64,000 bases of DNA, taken from Eledone cirrhosa. Lineage: Eukaryota. Shown here piece by piece: positions 50,778-63,800 of this stretch; the first letter of the stretch is position 1; each line of letters starts with the position of its first letter. The translations under genes and the position numbers were made by a program. The notes under the pieces are model-generated. The model was not told the origin of the DNA, made no database searches, and was given only the letters and a program-made list of their open reading frames with translations. Where the stretch lies: contig OZ024740.1 in the NCBI GenBank assembly GCA_964016885.1, forward strand, positions 405,604,001 through 405,668,000, written 5' to 3'.

Positions 50778-52900
50778 AAGTATTGAAGTTTCCGTTGAAA
50801 ATTGAAAAAGTCATAGGAGTGAAGAGTGCTCTATGTAAGTTACAGAGCTAAATTTAATGTATAATAAACAATACAATATAATTACCTCATTACCAGAGGT
50901 TTCCCGAATAAGACGAATACAAGAAACGTCCTCATTCGTTCGTCAGACAAGGCAATTTAAAACAGTGAAATATTTGAAAAATCTCCTCAAGAAAGGCAAA
51001 AGTTTAACGGGCAAAAAAAATATATAAATAAAAGTAATGCAAGAGATATATAAAAATAAAATAAGGAAATATAGTAAGGGTATGTGTATAAATGTGTGTA
51101 TATGCACCTACAAATGTACATATGTGTGTATGTACAAATGCATGTGTATAGTGAAAAAATGTGTGCGTAAGTACATACATGAGGGCAAGCATATCAGTGT
51201 ATGTGTGACCACAAATACGTATATAATATATGTTGAAAAAAGAAATTGTAAGATAATAGAGTTAACGTACATACAAACTCAGGGACTAAGGATTGAAATA
51301 TATACACATACAAGTATGAAAGCACACATATAAACACACACACGCGCAACCACATACATGCAAGTGATATATACAGGGAAGAGAGTGTATCAGTCAAAGC
51401 AGTGTCAGGCTGAAGGTCGATACATATATAAAAAATATAAAATATGAAAATGAAAAAATGAAAAAATATATGAGAATAAAAAAATTAAATCAAAAAGAAA
51501 GTAAGCGGGAGGGGTTATCAATTATAAAGTAACACTAAAATAAATAGAAAACATACATAGGTTCGTACACACATATATATAAAAATATATATATAAATAC
51601 GTACAGACAAAAACGCGCATATATACACACAAAGCACATATATATATACATACATGTACATCTAATCACATGCATGCACGCGACCATATATATATATACA
51701 TACACACACACACACACATATATATAAGTATGTAAAAACATAGATATAAAATCACACATACACACACATACATATACACGCGCACATACGAATGCATTCG
51801 TATACATATACAAACACGTATACACACACATGCACACTTACATGCATACATGCAATATAAAAACCAGCCGTATGAATAAATGAGTACAAATTATACGCAA
51901 GTAAACATACATAAAAGCGGCTGAGGGACAACAGAATATATCTGGAGATGAAAACGCAAGTGACATGTGATATCAGGTAGTGAAAGAAAAGGGGGAAGTA
52001 AAATGTGTAAAATTATGAAGATAAATGTAAGTGAATCAAAAAGCAGGGGGGAGGAGGGTCACTGGTGGATGTGAAGTAAAAATAAAGTTAAAAATAAAAA
52101 TAAAAGTAAATCAGAAAGAGAAGTCTGTCTGTAAAGAGGGTAATTTAAGGAAAGTGAAGAACAAGAGTTTATGGAGGATAAGTATCTGAAAGTGAGTTAA
52201 GTTTATATGAGCTGGAAAGCAAGTGTGATTTCATGTGTGGGCAGCTGGTGAAAATTTCTGTTTTTGCATTTAGGCAGGTTTTTGGTGATTTAAGGTTCTC
52301 TAAAATCCAATATTTTTCACTTATGCAGAGTGCGCATCTTATTCCTCTTGCATATTCTTTAGATTGGTTCAAAATTGACCAATCCAATTTATATTGGATA
52401 CCTTGGTCTTTCAAATCCCATATTCTGCTAGCCAGAGCTGTTGTAAATCTTTTTTCAGGATGTCGGAAAGATGCGACATGTGAGTAATAACGCATTTTGA
52501 ATTTGTCTTGTGTCATACCCACATATCGTTCGCTGGTGGCTGGTAGGTTGTTGCTGGTGGTTGTCACTTTAGCCGCATATACAATGGCTTTGGTGTTGCA
52601 TTTACCTTGTAATGGGCATTCACTTTTGACTCTACAGGAGCACTTTTGATGTTCTCTGGGTATTTTCTTATTGAGGATATAAGATTTAATAGGGGGACTG
52701 CAGGAGTAGCTGATTTTGACACAGTTTCTATTGAAGATCTTATAGTATCTATGTGTTCTAGGGAAATGTTTATCTAAGAGCTCTAGGAATTTTTTGCCTA
52801 CATTAGTTTTAACTGCTAGAGAGTAGGGGGGTGTGAACCAGATTATTTTTCTTTTCCTATTATTATGTTTAAAGCCCTTCAAAACAGCGGATTTAGCGAA
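50778..52900 (-). mobile_element. Penelope-like retroelement (family B): GIY-YIG end and a long simple-repeat-rich 3' region
   Basis: ORF 52169-52882: IIWFTPPYS..KIFNRN.VKISYSC..CSCR..CPL..AIVY..RYVGMT..FKMRY..H..CALC..EK. Confidence 0.88.
50880..50957 (-). ncRNA. type I hammerhead ribozyme
   Basis: AATTGCCTTGT-CTGACGA-A-CGAATGAGGACG[TTTCTTGTATT]CGTCTTATTCG-G-GAAA-CC[TCT]GG-TA/ATGAGGTAATT. Stems I, II and III and the catalytic core are all present. Confidence 0.75.
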
Positions 52901-52960
52901 CCGGAAACTTCAATACTTATATATATGTGTGTGTGTATGTATATATATATATATATGTAT

Positions 52961-52991
<31 letters not shown>

Positions 52992-53124
52992 TATGACCCA
53001 TTTATCTGTAACATGAATCTAAAACAAAACTAGACAACCAGTAACAAATTAAGTCTGTTGATTGATGCATTCGACAGTAAAGAAGAGCAAATAGAGACAT
53101 ATGATATAGAGGAGCAGGGGGAGT

Positions 53125-54487
53125 TTATTACCTCAACGTTACCCTCAATTTATCGAATGGCTTGCATTACCCGTATAGAAAGCCGAATGATACGCTTAAT
53201 TACATAAGTAAGCATTCTAACCATCCTGCCAGTATAACCAAGAACCTGGTAAGAAACGTTTCGTTGAGGCTTTCCCGTCTATCTACTAACGACCATATTT
53301 TCAACGACCATTCCACTTATTACAATGAAGCTCTTGCTCGGAGTGGATTTGTCGATAAGGAGCATATACAGAGTACGAGAATAGACCTAGAAGAAATAGA
53401 TCCCGTCGCATTTGTTGGTATAACCCACCATATAATATGGAGGTGGCCACACCATTAGCTAAGATCTTTCTCTCCCTTATTATGAAGGATTTTCCCCCTA
53501 CACATAAATATAGTAAAATTTTTAATAGAAATACTATTAAAATGTCTTACAATTAAAATGTCTTACATCACAGCTTCAAATTTAGCTAAACTACCTAGCC
53601 GTAGGAACACGTGCAACCCTGTAGTTAGTACTAACTGTAATTGTAGGAATCGGGTTGATTGCCCCCTATCCGGGAAATGCCTCTCTAGTAACATTGTCTA
53701 CAAATATGAGGTTGTAACACCCACGTCCCGTAGGGCCTACATAGGGTTAACCGCCAATAGATTCAAGCAGCGTCTTTACATGCATACCCATTCTTTTCGT
53801 TACCCTTTAAGAAGGAATATGACGTCACTTTCAGCTTATATCTGGAGCCTAAAAGACAACCACACCCAATATAAGTTACACTGGGGGATCCTAGCTAGGG
53901 CTAGATCGTATAATGGAAATAAAAGACCACGCTGAGGCCCTGGAAATACTCTACGCCAAAGACCACATCTTAAACAAAAAAATCTGAGGCAATTTTGGCT
54001 TGTAAACATAAATTGCACAAAACTTTCCTGTATTACAGCCCCACATTATACCCTAACGGATAGTACGAACTCTACGCAGATGTGGTAGCTTTATGTTATG
54101 TTTGGGGTCGATAAAATAAAGTACCAGTAATGTACTGGGTAATTTCTGGCCTTGTGCCAATAGTAGAAACAATTATGTTATGTTTATACCATTACTTATT
54201 TGTATAGGTAAGTATATATTACCTGTATGTTTTGTGAAGGTACGTATACTTTCTCGTACGTATATTTGATTATATATGTTATGGCGTATATATATATTCT
54301 GGTACATATGCTTTTGGTTATATGTATACTTGAGTTTTGCGTCTGTGTGAGTATGCGGGTTCGTACGTATGTAGGGTGTGTGTATATGTGTACTTTGTCT
54401 TTTGGTTGACGTACGTCTCCAAACATGTGTATTTACATGTAGATATGTGTGTGCGCTTGTTATATACGTTTATTTAATTATATGTAT

Positions 54488-54521
<34 letters not shown>

Positions 54522-55248
54522 TTTTATGGCGCATGTCTCTCAGACATGACAACCCTTAATTTTAATTTTGGATATATATTTTTTTATATATATTTTTATG
54601 TGTATTTGGTGTATACATTCATATGCGTGTGGGTACTGGCGTTGCGTGGGTTCTGTATGTGCGTGCGGGTTTGTTTTTTTTTTCTTTGTACGTGCGTGTA
54701 TTTGTATACCTATGGCAAGTGTTTTCGCGTATGCTTGTATATGGATGCGTGTATGTATTTATTTAATTTCACTTACCTCTGTATTTTATTTACTTTATTC
54801 TTAACTCTGAAGCCGAGAAACATTCGGTTTCCTAGTTAGAATTTTAGTCTATGACTTCAGTTATACCATTTATGTGGTTTTGTCTTTGCGTGCAATTGTT
54901 CTCCCCGCTCCACATATGACGTATTATCTTCGTTTTTTCCGTTCATTGCGAGATAACGTCTCTATGAACCACCTGATAGAATATTAGTCTACGACTTCTT
55001 TTATACCATAAACGTGGTTTTGTCTTTGCGTGTAACTGTTTTTCACCGCTCCAAATAATGACGTATTATATTCGTTTTTTCATGTTCTTTGCCAGGGAAC
55101 GTTTCCACGAACCAAAGTATCGTCTTCCTGTCCTCCTCCGGTTGCAACGTTTTTTGAAATATTCACTTCTGCGTTCACAGATTGACTTTGTTAGTTTCAG
55201 AAGATAAGGGTGAAAGCAGCGATTCTTTGCTTAAACTTTAATCTGTTA

Positions 55249-55255
<7 letters not shown>
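53125..55255 (+). mobile_element. Penelope-like element family A, second copy (inverted relative to 39120-40870)
   Basis: ORFs 53162-53458 and 53558-53935 are nearly identical to the first copy. The 3' region 55105-55255 matches 39210-39368. Confidence 0.88.
54104..54172 (+). mobile_element. 5'-truncated SINE family 1 with a 13-bp TSD
   Basis: TTATGTTATGTTT at 54091 and 54173. Confidence 0.8.
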
Positions 55256-55308
<53 letters not shown>

Positions 55309-55325
55309 TATACATATATATAAAA

Positions 55326-57294
55326 GAAACACTAAATCCCTCCTCCATGAAGAATGCACCTCCCAACATAGACTGATAATTAGCGACCTCATAGTCAGGA
55401 CAAGACGTACTCGACAGCAGAAGAGGACTATCCTCAGGAGAAAAATATGGAAGCTAAAGGACCCCACAAGGGTAAAGGAGATGCCCTAGATAGGAGTAAC
55501 TATAGAGGCATTAAATTAATCGACCAGCTCATGAAGGTCACGGAAAAAGTAATAGCGCAACTAATCAGAGAGAGAATCGATCTAGATGAAATGCAGTTCG
55601 GGTTTGTGTCAGGCAAAAGTACCAGACGCTCTTTTCATTGTACGACAACTACAGGAGAAGTACCTAGCTAAAAGTAAACCCCTATACGTAGCTTTCGTCG
55701 ACTTGGAGAAAGCCTTCGACAGAGTCCCCCGTTCCATTATCTGGTGGGCTCTTAGAAAACTAGGTGTTGATGAATGGCTTGTGAGAGCTATACAAGCCAT
55801 GTATAAAGAAACAGTCAGCAAGGTTAGAATTAACAACGAATATAGTGAAGAGTTTAGCGTAAAAGTTGGTGTTCATCAGGGCTCTGTTCTTAGCCCCCTA
55901 CTATTTATTATTGCCCTTCAGGCTATGACAGTGGAGTTCAAGACCGGCTGCCCATGGGAACTCCTATACGCAGATGATCTAACGCTCATAGCTGAATCAA
56001 TGGCCGAGCTAGAGAAGAAATTCCAAACATGGAAGCACGGCCTAGAATCAAAAGGCCTTAAAATTAACCTGGCTAAGACTAAAGTTCTAGTTTGTAGGAA
56101 AGAAAATAAGGTGCCGGTCCCTTCCGGGAAATGGCCATGCTCAGTGTGTAGGAAAGGCGTAGGTAGAAACTCCATTTTATGTCCCAAATGCAAAGTATGG
56201 GTGTATAAAAGATGTAGTGGGATCATAGGTAAGCTAACTAAGAACATAGATTTTACATGTGGCCGGTGCTCTGGTGCAATAAGTAGCAGCAAGTGCCCAC
56301 AAAATACTAGCTCTTTCAATTACGCAGAGGGTTCTATAGAAATAGTGGACAGCTTCCGTTACCTGGGTGACAAAATCAGCAGTGGGGAGGGTGCTCTGAA
56401 AGTACAGTAGCTAGAGTCAGAACTGGATGGAAAAAGTTCAGAGAGCTTATACCACTATTAGCCGCTAAAGGGTTCTCCCTAAAAATGAAAGGCAGGCTGT
56501 ATGATGCCTGCATACGAACAGCAATGTTGCATGGCAGTGAGACCTGGGTATTGTGTGCAGAGGATATACGCAGACTAGAGAGGAATGAAGCTTGCATGCT
56601 CCGCTGGATGTGTAATAGTAATATACGCGAACGGCAAAGCATAAACGAACTAAGGGAAAAATTAGAAATAAGAGGGATCAGATGTTGTTTACTCGAGAGA
56701 AGGCTATGTTGGTATGGTCACGTGATGCGCATGAAAGACGACAGCTGTATAAAAAAGTGCAGGGCAATAAAGATAGACGGTAGCCACGGAGTAGGCAGAC
56801 CCAGAAAAACCTGGGACGACCTGATAAACTCCGACCTCACACACTTACACTCTCCAAGACAATGTCACTGGACCGAGATCTTTGGCGGCACTCAGTAATA
56901 GAGAAGACCCGCCTTACCTAAATACAAAGTAAAACCTACTACAGTCAGTAGGCATCTCTAACAAAATACACCCCCGTCCCACCACCCCCAACCCATCCAC
57001 ACCGCCCCTTTCAATGTAAAATTATGTTGGTGCCACAACATCCAGGCCGAATCAAATGAGATCGTGTAGGTGTCACGACAAAAAAACACACAGTCCACGC
57101 TGTAATGTGGCAGTGTAGGCAACACGGTAAAAACCTCCCAGCCCCACACTGTAAATGTGGTTGGTGTTAGGAAGGGCATCCAGCTGTAGAAAACCCGCCA
57201 GACAGTCCTATGCGAGCAAGACAACCACTCTTGCCTCAAGTGGGAAAACTCCCGTCCAAACCACCCATGCAAGCGTGGAACATGGACGTTAAAC

Positions 57295-57334
<40 letters not shown>
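55326..57334 (+). mobile_element. RTE LINE with an internal deletion, a long (GAT)n tail and a 6-bp TSD
   Basis: ORFs 55586-56410 and 56485-56898. ATAAAA occurs at 55320 and 57335. Confidence 0.92.
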
Positions 57335-57336
<2 letters not shown>

Positions 57337-58716
57337 AAAACTGAAATTGTCTGTGTGTGTGTATCCTAATTTTTGCAAAGTCAATACAAATCCACATTTC
57401 TACTCCACATTTCTACACATTTCTACTTCAAACTTGCATTTATATATTCCTTGCGGTCTAAAGATATTAACTGCAGCTTTTATCTTTCAATTTTCTGTTG
57501 TTAAAGGGGTGTTAGGCGCCGGTTATCGATCTCTCTCTCTATTTATTAGTCTGTGTTTTTAGATAGATACATAGCTATAACGTCACACCCTTATAATATA
57601 TGTCTGTATGTCTGGCTGTCTACATTACGACATTATGACAAACATTGTTCTCATTGATGACGTATTTTCTTCGTTATTTTCCGTTCATTGCCAAGGAACG
57701 TCTTCACGAACCAAAGTATCGTCTTCTTGTTTTCCTTTGGTTGCAACGTTTTTCGAAATATTTACTTCTGCGTTCACAGATTGATTTTTTTAGTTTCAGA
57801 ATATCCCGTTAAGGGTGAAAGCACACGTCAGCAATGCCAATGTTACTGCTGCTACATAGGACTCCCATTACCAATGAACTTTCACCTTTGCGTTCTGCAT
57901 TTCCATCCGCAGGCCAACATGGAATGGTCTTCATAGTAGTCAGTTTATTGATGGAGAAACAGAAGGGTCTCGAATTTGCTGTCCAAAAAACCCATTGACA
58001 ATAGTGAAAACCGCTAACATCAAAACAGAATGATACATTGTAGGTTGCTTTAACCCGTCTTTTATTAATCAAAAACTTCTTGCCAATAAACATTAACCCT
58101 TTGTGCGCCATTCATCTAACTGTAGACCAACAAATACCAACTAAACGGAGCATTGACAAGAACAATTGTGAATGAATCTTCAAGGTAAGCAGTTTCCTCT
58201 CGAGCTGTTAGTTCATGCGGGATTCTCTGCTAAACCTTTTCGTAATACCGAACAACGTACTGCTGGTCACTCCTTTCTCCAAAAGCTGTACAAAGCGGAC
58301 ATGTGCATCAGGCAGATGGATCGGCTGCAAATCTACACCAGGCCTACGTGAGAAATTCGCAAGGGACTACACCGAGAGAGAGTAACTTAGTGGAAAGAGT
58401 GCGAATGAACTTTTGAGGTAAGTAGCCTACGCCTTACTGCTATGACACTGGAACCTTCTGCCAACTTAACCTGTGACTTTCTCTTTCACATTTACTCCAA
58501 AAGGCCAAAACAGAGGAATATGAAAAGAATATTTCTATGAACAATGGACGTAGACAGCTAAACTGTACTTTCAACTTCTTAATTTTCTCCAAATAAAACA
58601 AGTTTCCTGTCGGTATATTTTCGTGAGTTTTTAATAGGCACTCACAAATAAACGTTTCTAATTGGAGGTGCTATTATCAATGTTCTTACCCGTGCAACAC
58701 CGGGATACACTGCTAG
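57335..58716 (+). mobile_element. probable non-autonomous Helitron
   Basis: 5' ATAAAACTGAAATTGTCTGTGTGTG is a typical Helitron start, and is continuous with the (TA)n at 55320 once the RTE is removed. The 3' end has hairpin CCCGTGCAACACCGGG followed by CTAG-T at 58713-58717. Confidence 0.6.
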
Positions 58717-58726
58717 TATATATATA

Positions 58727-59523
58727 CATGTGATATCTGTCAAAAAAATAGCCAACATTTGGCTAGGGAAAAATAATTACATACTTGGTGGAGTTCAATT
58801 GCTACTCTTCTTCTAAGTAGCCTCCTTGTGCCTCCACATACTTAGCCCAACTATCCTTCCATTGTTCGAAGCATGTCTGGAATGCTTCTTTCAGAATGGT
58901 TCTCAACTCTACCATCACAGTCCACATGATGTCCTCTCATTTCTCAAAGAAGACAGAAGGAGCCATATTTGGAAAGTTTGGAGCCTGGCAAATAAGCAAA
59001 AGACCTTTCTTTGCCAAGAAACATTGGATCAACTACAACAAATGAGCCAGGATGTTGTCATGATGCAGCTGCATGTGAGGCCCACAGATCTGGTCACTTG
59101 CATTGAACTGCAGCAGGAAGATGTCAGAGTACTTCCTGATAATACTCCTTTGTAACTGTTCATCCTTCTGGTGCTTATTAATGATGTACCTCAGTAGTCA
59201 AAGTAGACAGCTAGCATCATCTTGATTTTGCTCCATGACGTGCCTTTTTGGGCCTTAGTGATGTTAGATGCTTCCATTGTGATAACTGAGTTTTGTTTTC
59301 TGGGTTGTACCAAAACACCCATCTTATCTCCAGTTATCATGGTATTCAAGAACTCAGGATCCTAGTTGACAGAATCAGGCTGCCTGCCAATGACTGATGC
59401 ATCCAGCGAGCATACCAAAACCACACATGTGCATGTTGTTCCACTCTGCACATTTTTGTCTTCCTAACGTGATTACTTTCCACAGAGAAAAATAAAGTTA
59501 GGTATTTTTTTTGCCAGACCTCG
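58727..59523 (-). mobile_element. mariner transposon remnant
   Basis: TA-flanked degenerate TIRs (CGAGGTCTGGCAAAAAAAATA versus ..ATCTGTCAAAAAAATA). Minus-strand remnants ITGDKMGVF, VYFD, PNMAP and KEAFQTCFEQW. Confidence 0.7.
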
Positions 59524-59594
59524 TATATTATAAAATTAATATTCAATAGTGTTAATTAATGAACTATGAATATGTTTACCAGATAAAAATCGAC

Positions 59595-60001
59595 CATACC
59601 CAATTACACCTCTCAAAAGCGATGACAAACGACCGTGACCTCTGGCATCACGCAGTAATACAGAAGACCCGAGCCCCCACAGGTACAAGCCAAAGCTGAA
59701 GCATATAGACAATATGCCCCCACACCCTCCCACTCAAAGTGGTCATGGAGGTGCCTTGGCAAAAAAGCACCCAGCCCACACTGTAAGGTGGACGTGTAGG
59801 CGCCACGAAAAAAAAGCACCCAGCACTCACTGTAAATGAGGTTGGTGTTAGGAAGGACATCCAGCTGTAGAAATGAGGCCAGAATGAGTTCCCGTATGAG
59901 CAAGGCATGGTCAGCCAACCGGACACTGCCCACAACAGGACAACCCGTCTAACCCATGCTAGCGTGGAAGAACGGACGTAAAACGGTGATGATGATGATG
60001 A
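59595..60001 (+). mobile_element. RTE 3' fragment
   Basis: Colinear with 36505-36868, with a (GAT)n tail. Confidence 0.88.
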
Positions 60002-60864
60002 AGCACTTTTCACGACCACCATAAATGTTTATAAAATAGAATGCAAGCCACCTAGAGACCTCTTTGGCTAGTTAAAATAACAGCCAAACTTCCTTCAAAT
60101 TACACCCTACCACCTTCAAAGATTTAAGACACATTTGATAATGCGTCTTACATCTATTATGTCTCCAAAATAAAAAGACAGCGTGGCTACTGTTAGAATG
60201 TTTTATCATAGGTCTGGTCAATTACTGAAAGTTAACCCTTTCGTTACAATAATTTTTGTACCTATGATTTTCAAATAATTTTGACAATATCAAGAATATT
60301 AATTGTCATTGATCATAGGTTTGCTAATTCAGAAGTAAATAGAGCATGATGGCCACAGCTGAAATATCATTGATGATAGGTGTTCTATATCAGGAGTGTC
60401 AAAAAAGGAGGGATCACCACTGGGGTACCTTTGAAAATATGTCTACTTGGTCAAGGGTGACTTAGGAGCTAACAATAACAAAAGGGGATAAGCACAGTTG
60501 GAATATCTTTGATGAGTGGTCGGTTTGGACAGAGTGATCTGGGCCTGAACAATAACTACAGCAATAACAACAACATTAACAACAATAACAGTTCTCTATG
60601 TTTACACTTCACTGTCCCATATTTAACAAAATCTATTTACTCAGGCAGTTGAAACTGAAGATTCTCATATTTGTTATTGTTGTTGTGGTGGTGGTGTTGT
60701 TGTTGGTGGTGGTGGGGTTGTTGTTGTTGTTGGTGGTGGTGGTGTTGTTGGTGGAAGTGGTGGTGGTGGTGGTGCTACTACAACGGTATGTGAGGGAGGG
60801 TGACAATGTGGGTTAATTCTATGATAAAGATGTAAATTTGAAATGGCAAAGTATCTCTACTTGT

Positions 60865-63800
60865 GTTAGTGTGTGTAATATAGCAGATGTGTGTGTAGTA
60901 TAGCAGATGTAGTGTGTGTACAATGACAAATGTAGTATATGTGTACTCCAGCAGATGTAGTGTGTGTACTATAGCAGATGTAGTATGTGTACTATAGCAG
61001 ATGCAGTATGTGTGTACTATAGCAGATGTAGTGTGTGTGTACTATAGCAGATGTAGTGTGTGTACTATAGCAGATGTAGTGTGTGTACTATAGTAGATGC
61101 AGTATGTGTGTACTATAGCAGATGTAGTGTGTGTACTATAGCAGATGTAGTGTGTATACTATAGCAGATGTAGTATGTGTGTGTACTATAGCAGATGTAG
61201 TGTGTGTACTATAGTAGATGTAGTGTGTATACTATAGCAGATGTAGTGTGTGTACTATAGCAGATGTAGTGTGTGTATTATAGCAGATGTAATGTGTGTA
61301 CTATAGCAGATGTAGTGTGTGTATTATAGCAGATGTAATGTGTGTACTATAGCAGATGTAGTGTGTGAATTATAGCAGATGTAATGTGTGTACTATAGCA
61401 GATGTAATGTGTGTGCTATAGCAGATGTAGTGTGTGTACTATAGCAGATGTAGTGTGTGTACTATAGCAGATGTAGTGTGTGTACTATAGCAGATCTAGT
61501 GTGTGTGTACTATAGCAGATGTAGTGTGTGTGTACTATAGCAGATGTAGTGTGTGTACTATAACAGATGTAATGTGTGTGCTATAGCAGATGTAGTGTGC
61601 GTGTACTATAACAGATGTAGTGTGTGTACTATAGCAGATGTAATGTGTGTACTATGGCAGATGTAGTGTGTGTGTACTATAGCAGATGTAGTGTGTGTAC
61701 TATAGCAGATGTGTGTGTGTACTATAGCAGATGTAGTGTGTGGACTATAGCAGATGTAGTGTGTACACTATAACAGATGTAGTGTGTGTACTATAGCGTA
61801 TGTAGTGTGTGTGTACTATAGCAGATGTAGTGTGTGTACAATAGCAGATGTAGTGTGTATACAATAGCAGATGTAGTGTGTGTACTGTAGTAGATGTAGT
61901 GTGTGTACTATAGCAGATGTAGTGTGTGTACTATAGCAGATGTAGTGTGTGTACTATAGTAGATGCAGTATGTGTGTACTATAGCAGATGTAGTGTGTGT
62001 GTACTATAGCAGATGTAGTGTGTGTACTATAGCAGATGTAGTGTGTATACTATAGCAGATGTAGTATGTGTGTGTACTATAGCAGATGTAGTGTGTGTAC
62101 TATAGCAGATGTAGTGTGTATACTATAGCAGATGTAGTGTGTGTACTATAGCAGATGTAGTGTGTGTATTATAGCAGATGTAATGTGTGTACTATAGCAG
62201 ATGTAGTGTGTGTATTATAGCAGATGTAATGTGTGTACTATAGCAGATGTAGTGTGTGTATTATAGCAGATGTAATGTGTGTACTATAGCAGATGTAATG
62301 TGTGTGCTATAGCAGATGTAGTGTGTGTACTATAGCAGATCTTGTGTGTGTGTACTATAGCAGATGTAGTGTGTGTGTACTATAGCAGATGTAGTGTGTG
62401 TACTATAACAGATGTAATGTGTGTGCTATAGCAGATGTAGTGTGCGTGTACTATAACAGATGTAGTGTGTGTACTATAGCAGATGTAATGTGTGTACTAT
62501 GGCAGATGTAGTGTGTGTGTACTATAGCAGATGTAGTGTGTGTACTATAGCAGATGTGTGTGTGTACTATAGCAGATGTAGTGTGTGGACTATAGCAGAT
62601 GTAGTGTGTACCCTATAACAGATGTAGTGTGTGTACTATAGCGTATGTAGTGTGTGTGTACTATAGCAGATGTAGTGTGTGTACAATAGCAGATGTAGTG
62701 TGTATACAATAGCAGATGTAGTGTGTGTACTGTAGTAGATGTAATGTGTGTACTATAGCAGATGTAGTGTGTGTACTATAGTAGATGTAGTGTGTGTGTA
62801 CTATAGCAGATGTAGTGTGTGTACTGTAGCAGATGTAGCGTGTGTACTATAGTAGATGTAGTGTGTGTACTATAACAGATGTAGTGTGTGTGTACTATAG
62901 CAGATGTAGTGTGTGTACTATGACAGATGTAGTATGTGTGTACTATAGCAGATGTAGTGTGTGTACTATAGCAGATGTAGTTTGTGTACTATAGGAGATG
63001 TAGTGTATGTACTATAGCATATGTAGTGTGTGTGTGTACTATAGCAGATGTAGTGTGTGTACTATAGCAGATTTAATGTGTGTACTATAGCTGATGTAGT
63101 GTGTGTACTATAGCAGATGTAGTGTGTACACTATAAGAGATGTAGTGTGTGTAGTATAGCAGATGTAGTGTGTGTACTATAGCAGATGTCATGTGTGTAC
63201 TATAGCAGATGGCATGTGTGTACTATAGCAGATGTAGTGTGTATGTAATATAGTAGATGTAGTGGGTGTACTACAGCAGATGTAGTGTGTCTACTATAGT
63301 AGATGTAGTGTGTGTACTATAGCAGATCTAGTGTGTGTGTACTATATCAGATGTAGTGTGTGTGTACTGTAGCAGAGGTAGTGTGTGTGTACTATAGGAG
63401 ATGTAGTGTGTGTGTATTATAGCAGATGTAGTGTGTGTGTACTATAGCAGATGTAGTGTGTGTACTATAGTAGATGTAGTGTGTGTACTATAGCAGATGT
63501 ATCGTGTGTACTATAGTAGATGTAGTGTGTGTACAATAGCAGATGTAGTGTGTATACTATAGTAGATGTAGTGTGTGTGTACTATAGCAGATGTAATGTG
63601 TGTGTACTGTAGCAGATGTAGTGTGTGTGTACTATATCAGATGTAGTGTGTGTGTACTGTAGCAGATGTAGTGTGTGTGTACTATAGGAGATGTAGTGTG
63701 TGTGTATTATAGCAGATGTAGTGTGTGTGTACTATAGCAGATGTAGTGTGTGTACTATGGCAGATGTAGTGTGTGTACTATAGTAGATGTAGTGTGTGTA

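Noticed and set aside
60598-60816. Hydrophobic 72-aa membrane-protein ORF
   Set aside because: It is a translation of a (GTT/GGT)n microsatellite.
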